The position numbers and the translations under genes were made by a program. This document shows positions 22,826 through 30,639 of a stretch of 30,639 bases of DNA, piece after piece (the first letter of the stretch is position 1; each line of letters opens with the position of its first letter). The stretch covers positions 62,001-92,639 of the forward strand of contig MU057637.1 in the NCBI GenBank assembly GCA_013265495.1. The letters are read 5' to 3'. The DNA comes from Vicugna vicugna. Lineage: Eukaryota. Under the pieces are notes generated by a model. That model did no database searches. It worked only from the letters and a program-made list of their open reading frames with translations, and was not told where the DNA came from.

Positions 22826-23943
22826 AGTTGGTGCTGGGTTCTCAATGCATCACTCCCCACTCATAGGAAAGAGAGCACTCTTTTGATGGTGGACGATCCT
22901 AAAGTGGGAAAAACCGTGTTGTTTTCTTAGCAGTCTTCTCTTTGAGAAAAGATACAGTTGGTAAATAACACTTGATCCAAATGCCACTGAGACCATGTTA
23001 ACTTTGTCCCTCTAGGGATAAGCTCTTGAGCTTTTAGTTCTTTGGGGACCTGGCTCTAAATCTTTGAAAACTCCAAAAGAAAAATTCCCTTATTCTGTAC
23101 AACAGGTGAATCAATGTGCAGGTCAAAGAGTATCTCTTTACTGCCAAGATGTTCAAGATGAGGGCTTTGCCTTCTTTGCCAAGTACCTAGAAAATCTAAG
23201 AAATATTCTTAAAAAAGTTTGCCACCGTGAGGGAAGTTGAAAATTCCGTCCTTATTTCTAGAAAATGGTTATTTCCCTTGAAGCAATTAATGGAGATACA
23301 CAAAGGATATGCTTAGAGAAGTGACGACATTGCATTTTGGATACTGAAGTTTTTGAAATATGATGGAGAAGCAGCAGGATGAGTTTGCACTTTAGGAATG
23401 TAATATCCCCCTCCCCAGCCCAGGTTCTCTAAAGACAGCAGACTGGCATTTTGTTCACATCCTTATGAGAGTAAGTAACTGGTCTACACGGTGATTTTTT
23501 TCTGAACTGATTTTCTTGTTTATTTCTTTTTGAGATAGAGATACTGTGATGTCCATAAAGAATTCTAAGGTCATAGAATGTTAGCTGTGAAAGTAACATA
23601 GAGATAATCCTGCATTTTTAAAAATAGAAGACTGAAAATGACTTACATTTAAATAAATAAATAGTGGTTTAACGAAAGACCAGAAGCAGTCTGTACAACC
23701 CCCTACCTCCACACAACTATACTGCCATATTTGGATGGGTAAAAAGGAAAACATTCATGCAATGGATAAGGCTTCATATCTAAGCCTAGAATTTTCTTTG
23801 TGCTTAAAATATACTCCATGTAGCACTAAGCAAATGATCATGATAATGATAAATATCATACATCAAATAGATATATTCACTATTTTTTCATAGACTGAGC
23901 TCCACATATAATTACTATAAAATTCAAGAGTGTTATATTGATT

Positions 23944-24304
23944 TAAATTTTTTAAATTGAAGTATAGTTATTTACAGTGTTTCAGGTGTACAGCAATGTG
24001 ATTCAGTTTCATATATGCTCTCCTTTTACAGATCCTTTCTATTATAGGTAATTACAAGGTATTGAATACAGTGCTCTGTGCTGTACGGCAGATCCTTGTG
24101 GTTTATCTCTTTTATAGATAGTAGTGTGTATCTGTTGATCCCAAATTCCTAATTTAATTCCTCCTCCCATTTCCCCCTTTGGTAACTATCAGTTTGTTTT
24201 CTGTATCTGTGAGTTTATTTCTGCCTTATAAATAAGTTAATTTGTATCATTTTTCAGTCTCCAGATATAAGGGATACCATAAGATATTTGTCTTTGTCTG
24301 ACTT
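23944..24304 (-). mobile_element. 5'-truncated L1 3' end with TSD
   Basis: ttttaaattgaagtatagttatttacagtgtttcaggtgtacagc, flanked by AAGAGTGTTATATTGATT (23926-23943) and AAGAGTAATATATTGCTT (24305-24322), 15/18 identical. Confidence 0.9.
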
Positions 24305-25287
24305 AAGAGTAATATATTGCTTCTATTTTACTGAAAGAAGACATTAATTTCAGTGGTAATAAGTGTTGTTTGAAAGTGTCTTTTCACAAAAAATATCCTA
24401 CAGAGTGATCTTCCCTTAGGAATTTAAAACAGTTGATTTTTTTCTTCCTTGCTAGTGAGTCAGAAATAACATATTCTTGAATGTGTTCTCTGCATAAGCT
24501 GTTATGCATTTGACATTTTACATATATTATTACTATAATTGATATTGCCTGACAGATTTCAGGATAAGTGCCCTAAAAGTAGTTTATATGAAATATGGGC
24601 AATCACATACAGTAATTCCATCTGATTTTTGGTGCAAAGGGTGCTTAGTTTTGTACACAATTTCCATGACATGTTGCTGTCCAACATTTACCAGATCACT
24701 TCATCTTACAGGCACAGCCTCCCCATTCCCTCTATGGCATCATATCACTTTATATGAGTAACTTCTGTCATTTGTGTGTGTTATCATTTCCACATCTTTT
24801 TACAACTGGGAGTAGGAAACAGGCTGAAAAACACACATGTGAATTGTGTCTTAATAGTATTACAATGGTACTGATCATTCTGTAAGATCAAGAACTCCCC
24901 TGGTTAGTCTTTCCCAGATGTCATACATTAAGATCTGAGTATCATTAGTTTTACAGTATTCCCAGTAAGGTCTTCCAATGTTTTATTTTTTAATCCCATC
25001 ATGCAGTAAGATGAAACTTGGGAAGCAGTTCATGTACAAGCTTATAACTTGAAGGAGTTTTAGATAATAGAGTTGGACTCTTGATGAGAGAGAGCAGAGG
25101 TCAAGGGTGAATATCCAAGTTGACACAGGATCTTTGCATCAACTGTCCTGACCTAGTATCTAGGAATATTATCTTCCAGTTTGATATTATTTCAATACTT
25201 TTCTGTAACAAGTCTGTTTAAGATGTTCTGTTATTGAATAAAATATTATTTGTTACTCTTATTGATATATTTTTAAATAATAAAATG

Positions 25288-25314
25288 TTTCTCTTTCTTA
25301 TTAACAAATTACAG
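25288..25314 (+). promoter_or_regulatory. Putative splice acceptor for the OR coding exon
   Basis: Pyrimidine tract followed by TTACAG|G, 7 nt before the ATG at 25322. This is typical of OR genes with a 5' non-coding exon. Confidence 0.55.
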
Positions 25315-25321
25315 GTGACCA

Positions 25322-26271
25322 ATGGAAGATAAGAAATAGACAGCAGTGATTGAATTCCTTTTCTTGGGCCTCACAGATCATCTCCACCTGCAGATTGTCC
25401 TCTTTGTTAGTTTTCTCTTTATCTGTCTTGTCACCCTGGGGAGTAATTTGGGGATGATCACTCTCATATGGATCGATCCCAGACTCCACACACCTATGTA
25501 TTTCTTTCTCAGCCACTTGTCCTTTGTAGACACATTTTCCTCTTCTTCCATTATCCCCAAGATGCAGTGTGATATCTTTGTAGAAAAAAAAGAAATCTCT
25601 TTCATAGGTTGTGCTGCACAGATGTGGTTCTTTGGTCTTTTTGTGGAAACTGAGTGTTTGCTCTTGGCTTCCATGGCATATGATCAATATTTGGCCATCT
25701 GCAAGCCCTTGCTGTACACCCTCATTATGTCCCAGAAGGTCTGTGTGCAGCTGGTTCTGGGCCCTTATGCCGTGGGTCTTCTAAGCACCATGACATACAC
25801 AATTCATACTTTTTGCTTACCATTCTGTGGTCCAAATATCATCAATCACTTTTTCTGTGATATTTCACCACTGCTTTCCCTAGCATGTGCAGACACCTGG
25901 ATCAATAAGTTGGTGTTTTTCATCTTTGTGGGAGCCATAGGAGTTCTCAGTGGCCTGATCATCATGGTCTCCTATGTTTGCATCCTGGTGGCCATGCTGA
26001 GGATCCAGACTGCTGATGGGAGGAGGAAAGCCTTCTCTACTCTCACCTGGCAGCTGTCTCTATCCTCTATAGGACTCTTTTCTTTATTTATGTCTGACCT
26101 AGCTCAAGTTCCTCCCCAAATATGAATAAAGTGATTTCTCTGTTTTATATTGTGGTAGCCCCCATGTTGAACCCACTCATCTACAGCTTGAGGAACAAAG
26201 AGGTGAAAGATGCATTCAGTAGGAAGTTTGAAAGGAAAAAAGAATTTTTAGTAGATAAAATAGAATTCTAA
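25322..26271 (+). pseudogene. OR5G3: Olfactory receptor pseudogene, family 5 subfamily G (OR5G3-like)
   Basis: Translates as MEDKK*TAVIEFLFLGLTDH with OR motifs LHTPMYFFLSHLS, MAYDQYLAICKPLLY, HFFCD, KAFST/SHL and [18 protein letters not shown]. Lesions: TAG at codon 6 (25337-25339), a ~7-nt deletion near 26040 and TGA at 26095-26097. The symbol rests on recalled similarity to human OR5G3; orthology is not proven. Confidence 0.93.
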
Positions 26272-26479
26272 TTGTGCTGCACCACTCTTGTTAATTCAGT
26301 TATGTGTGGTCAAGAGAAGACAGTACTGAGAATGAGACATTCCCCTTAGTTCCTGGGTCTGCTGTTTTCAAGGTCATTCATATACTAGACATATTGTTTA
26401 TATTGTTCTTCTTCAGTCTGCTCCTTTGCAAAATGTTGGGGAATATAAAACATTTTACATACATGTTGAAAGTAGAAAT

Positions 26480-27530
26480 GTAAGTGATGCCAGAAGAAAG
26501 TCCAGGAGAACATTTGTATCTTCTTACAGGTGAGAAGACATTTTATTCCAGCCCAGAAAAGCAAACATTGTAAGAGAAAGATCAACAAAGTCCATCCGTA
26601 AAGGTTTGATAGACCTTGATAAAAGCTGAACTATGGAAAGTGAGAGAACAACTGTAGAACAAGTGACTCACAATGAGTTAGTGTCCCAACAGGAAAGCGT
26701 TGGGGCATGTATATACATATATATGAAACACAGTAGAGAAATGAACCAACAGATGAATGGGCAATGACATAACTGGAAATACAAATGGCCAAAAGCATAA
26801 ATATATACAAAAATTGCTCAAATTCTCAGTTGCTTAAGTAAATGAAATGAAAATGCAATCTGGTTTTGTTTGTTTGTTTGTTTTTGTTTTTCCATCTATC
26901 AGATTGGTGAACATTCAGCTGATTAGGTTACAATGCTGGTAAGGTCACCATTTGGGTATTCTACACTTAGCTATAGTGGGTACATTTTCAGAAACTAATT
27001 TGGTGATTTCTAGTAAAATGCACTTGATCTTTGACCTAGCTAGCTTACATTCAGAAATTTATGCTATAGAAATATAAATATCAGACACAAATATTGCAGC
27101 ATCATTTGTAGGGGGATAAAAGGAAACAGTATAGTTTTGTATCATTAGGAGAAGCAAATCTTCTTCTTATGAATCATTGTGCAGCTAATTATAAAAAGAA
27201 TGTTTTAGATATCTGTGCTTTTGTTTGGAAGAAACTCCCTGATACTATCGTAGGTGAATGGAAAAAACTCCCAAGTCAAAGTAAAATCTGCAAAATTGAT
27301 TACACTTAGTAAAAATAATGTGTGGGCAGAGTCTACCTACTGTGTAGAATATATTGGCATGCACATTATACAAGATGATGGAGAGAAGTATGGAAGGCTA
27401 CAGACTGAACTGTGAACACTGGTTACTTCAGTGGCATGCCCATGGGAAGCAGGAGGGTGGGGTGGTGCTCCATCCTCATCTGGGTTGTTGAACTTGTTTT
27501 ATAACAAATACGTCTACCTTTTTAATTAAG
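26480..27530 (+). mobile_element. Ancient L1 (L1ME-like) ORF2 end and 3' UTR
   Basis: gaaatacaaatggccaaaagcata...ttttccatctatcagattgg...ctttgacctagc...cagaaatttatgctatagaaat match degenerate L1ME sequence. Confidence 0.65.
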
Positions 27531-28834
27531 ATTCACTTTTGAAAAGCCACAGTCTGTGTCAAAACTGAATGAATAAATTTATCAGTAAATGGATAAATTG
27601 AGGAGGATGGATTCATGTAGCCTTCTCTTAAGGCTGTTTCTACATTCCACCATTCTCTGACTTCATGAAACACTTCTGAACATTGGTGACTGAAATATTG
27701 TTCAAAACCTAAGTAAAATGGAGAGGTTCTCAGCCACTCTGTGCTTTAGTCTCTCACTTTTTCCCTCTAAAGATATGCATTTTCCTCCACCCCCATAGTT
27801 TATAACTTCTATACATAGCGATATGCTTTCTCTTGACTAAAACCTTTGAAATGATAGCAGAATGCTAAAAGTGACACAATGCAAGTGTGATGAGATTTGA
27901 AAGGAACAGTAAATATTACCTTAAATGTATCCATGTAAAACTAACATCGCTAATTGTCAGTCTTGTAAAATTTTCCAGCACCATTTTACTAAGAATTGTT
28001 AAAACTTGGGCATAGGTGTGACAAAGGGAAAAGGTATTTTTCCTATTTTTATCTAGAAGGACGCAACAGTTTCTTTCCCAGTCAAATTTTGCCTTAAAGT
28101 GCCTCTATTCTGCGTCTTCACTGTGTAACGTGTCTCAAACCACAGGTCACCTTTTCAGATGGTCACTTCCTAGTATGATGCTCGAAGTGTCTTCTATCTT
28201 TTTAATTGTTCCTTAAGCATTTATGATTTAACATCCATTGAAAGGGGATTGGGAGAAGAACCGTAGGAAGCAAGTGGTAATTATAAATTTCCTCAATGGC
28301 TCTGAGGTCCTTCTCTAAATATATGCAAATATGTGCAAATATATGCAAAACCAACTGTCCTCTGAAGCTCTAGTTACTGCTGTTCTGATGCCCTGATGTT
28401 TTTTCTGTGTAGAATACTCTTTGTACCATGGTTACATGGATAACTCTGCTTGTTTTTCATGCACTGCTTAAGCGTGGCTTCCATTCGGAGGATTAATTAC
28501 CCTGTCATTACTGCAGCATCACATTCTTTTCCTTCATAAGTGTAACATGTTGCATATTAGGATAATGTTTTTGGTTTTGCTTTGTTTTTATTAGTGAGGA
28601 ATATTCCCAGCTGATTCTTCATATTAGGCGTGATGGAAATTCACATGGAGTTACATTTTTTTGTTCATCTCATAGGTCTATAAGTGGTTCTCCATATTTT
28701 GGAATGAAAGGGTGGCTCCCAATATGAGGAGCAGAGAAATTCTACATCAATGAATGCCTCCAGACACTGAAATCCCCTGATATACAGTATTGGTGCCTTG
28801 GAGGAGGGCATCAACTTTAATGAGATACGGTTTC

Positions 28835-29062
28835 TCAAGAGATGTTGTTTTTTTGTTTTTGTTTTTGTTTTTGTTTTTGCTTCTGGCTTCCTTCAGGATG
28901 TTTTTTCTTTATCTTTGAATTTTTTTGTATTTTGAAATTTTTAAGCTTAGGTATAGTTGTTTGTTTGTTTTTGACATTTATCCTCCTTAGTGTTCTCTGA
29001 GCTTCCTGGATCTGAGATTTGGTGTCAAACATTAATTTGAGGATATTCTCAGTCATTATTCT
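28835..29062 (-). mobile_element. Old L1 ORF1 fragment
   Basis: ORF MTENILKLMFDTKSQIQEAQRTLRRIN matches the L1 ORF1p motif ENFP...QIQEAQRTP.RIN. Confidence 0.85.
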
Positions 29063-29631
29063 CTAAAACACCTACATTCCTCATATTGTTAGTATATACA
29101 CTGATTAATCTTGTCAAACTCCATTGAAGTTTTTAGTCCATAGTAAGAGACTGGTTCTTAAATACTGAGTCAGTGTTGTAACCAATGGAGTATTAGCAGA
29201 AGCTGGGAAAGAAAAATAATATCTTCAGGATGAAAAGGACACACCAGGAGGTGTTTTGGAGAAGGCATCACAGAGCAGACACTGCTGTGGCCTTTGAATC
29301 CTGTTCAAAAACCAGCTTCTTTTGTCTGAGCTTGCAGTCCTTCTTAGGCTTCAGAAGTTATCCTTTAGATACAACACTACTTTTCTAGAATCTAAAGGAA
29401 TTGACAAGGAAGATACATTCTTAACAGCCGTCACCCAAGGTGAAAGTGAGAGCTATCAGCCTGAATTCATCAAATTCACATAATACCTTATCTATAAAAT
29501 ATGTCTTAAAATATCCTCTGTTCAAAAACAGGGGCTTTTGAACACAGTTAATAATCTGGACTTGCCTTGGGTAATCTCCAAAGGGAACTCCTACACCTAA
29601 AAAATCTGATTCCCTTCAAAAATTCTGTGTT

Positions 29632-29755
29632 GATCAAGAAGAAACTGAAAGGCCCAGTGAGGTTCAGCGACTTACTCAGTATCACACAGATAGTTAGTAG
29701 GTAGTTATGACCACCTAGAGGTCGGAGGCAGGAGTGTCACCTGTCAGTCTACTCT
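29632..29755 (-). mobile_element. MIR SINE
   Basis: gaagaaactgaaaggcccagtgaggttcagcgacttactcagtatcacacagatagttag is the antisense MIR core. Confidence 0.7.
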
Positions 29756-29865
29756 GTGAATTGTAAAAATATAGAAGTTGTATTTATTTTTAAAAATAAG
29801 AAGCCCAATTATGAATTGATTCAAAAGAAAAATCTCTCTTTCTCTTTACAGATTAGATCAGAGAA

Positions 29866-30639
29866 GTGGATAATGGAAATCACACTTTGGTGATTGAGTT
29901 TGTTTTTGTGGGCTTAACAAGTCACTTCCAGCGCCAGCTTCTTCTTTTTATGATATTTCTCTTGGTTTATCTTGTCACTTTTCTGAGAAACATGGGGATA
30001 ATGACTCTCATTTGGATGGATTCTCGACTCCACACCCGAATGTACTTATTTCTCAGCCACTTGTCCTTTGCAGATGTCTGCTTCTCTTCTGTCATATGTC
30101 CCAAAATGTTGACTGACATCCTTGTGGAGAAAAAAGTCTTCTCTTTCTTTGGTTGTGTTGCCCAGATCTGGCTTTTTGGTCTGTAAAGACTGAGTGTTTC
30201 CTTCTGTCTTCCATGGCATATGATCAGTATATGGTCATCTGTAAGTCCTTGTTGTGCACACTCATGTCCCAGCAAGTCTGTATGCAGCTGGTGGTAGGGC
30301 CTTATGCTGCCATGGGTCTTAAAATCACCATGATCCACATAACTTTCACCTTTCACCTGCCTCACTGTGGTCCGAATATCACCAATCACTTCTTCTGTGA
30401 CCTTCCTGTTCTATCCCTGGCATGTGCAGACACACAGATCAGTAAATTTTTACTTTTCATCTTGGCTGGAGCTCTAGGAGTACTCAGTGGTGTGATCACC
30501 TTGGTCTCCTATGTTTACATTGTCATCGCTATCCTGAGGATCCGTTCTGCTGATGGGAGGTGGAAAGCCTTTTCCAATTGCTCTTCACACCTGTCACCTG
30601 TCTCCATCCTTTACGGGACACTCTTCTTTATCTATGTAC
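29866..30639 (+). pseudogene. Second OR5G-family olfactory receptor pseudogene (runs off the window end)
   Basis: GTG replaces ATG at 29866, with an N-glycosylation site NHT and LHTRMYLFLSHLS. A ~4-nt deletion near 30183 shifts the frame, after which it reads MAYDQYMVICKSLL, HFFCD and KAFSNCSSHL. A splice acceptor TTACAG lies at 29846-29851. Confidence 0.92.

Noticed and set aside
25301..25687. Minus-strand ORFs of 128 and 98 aa (and 140 aa at 29967-30389)
   Set aside because: They are antisense shadows of the OR coding sequences with no independent protein features.
1..30639. Prokaryote-type systems (CRISPR arrays, operons, defence islands), tRNA or rRNA genes
   Set aside because: No regularly spaced repeats or dense ORFs. 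The only tRNA-like sequence is the SINE head. The window is clearly mammalian.

Overview
AT-rich, repeat-dense mammalian genomic DNA, most likely camelid (alpaca/camel), judged from a Vic-1-type tRNA-derived SINE and artiodactyl-type L1 3' ends. It lies in or beside a class II olfactory receptor (OR) cluster. I can support no intact protein-coding gene. There are two + strand OR5G-family pseudogenes: an OR5G3-like copy at 25322-26271 and a second at 29866 that runs off the window end. The rest is transposon fossils: a decayed hAT-Charlie transposase carrying nested insertions, a near full-length Tigger1, MER58A, and L1, L2 and MIR fragments. A 130-N gap sits at 14324-14453. Most worth a second look are a young, CpG-rich 304-bp solo LTR with a perfect 5-bp TSD, a probable template-switch L1 chimera, an unidentified polyadenylated retrocopy-like segment, and two co-oriented CTCF motifs, one next to a homeodomain-site cluster upstream of the ORs. 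I see no convincing novel biological system. Repeat family names come from recalled consensus sequences and need RepeatMasker/Dfam confirmation.
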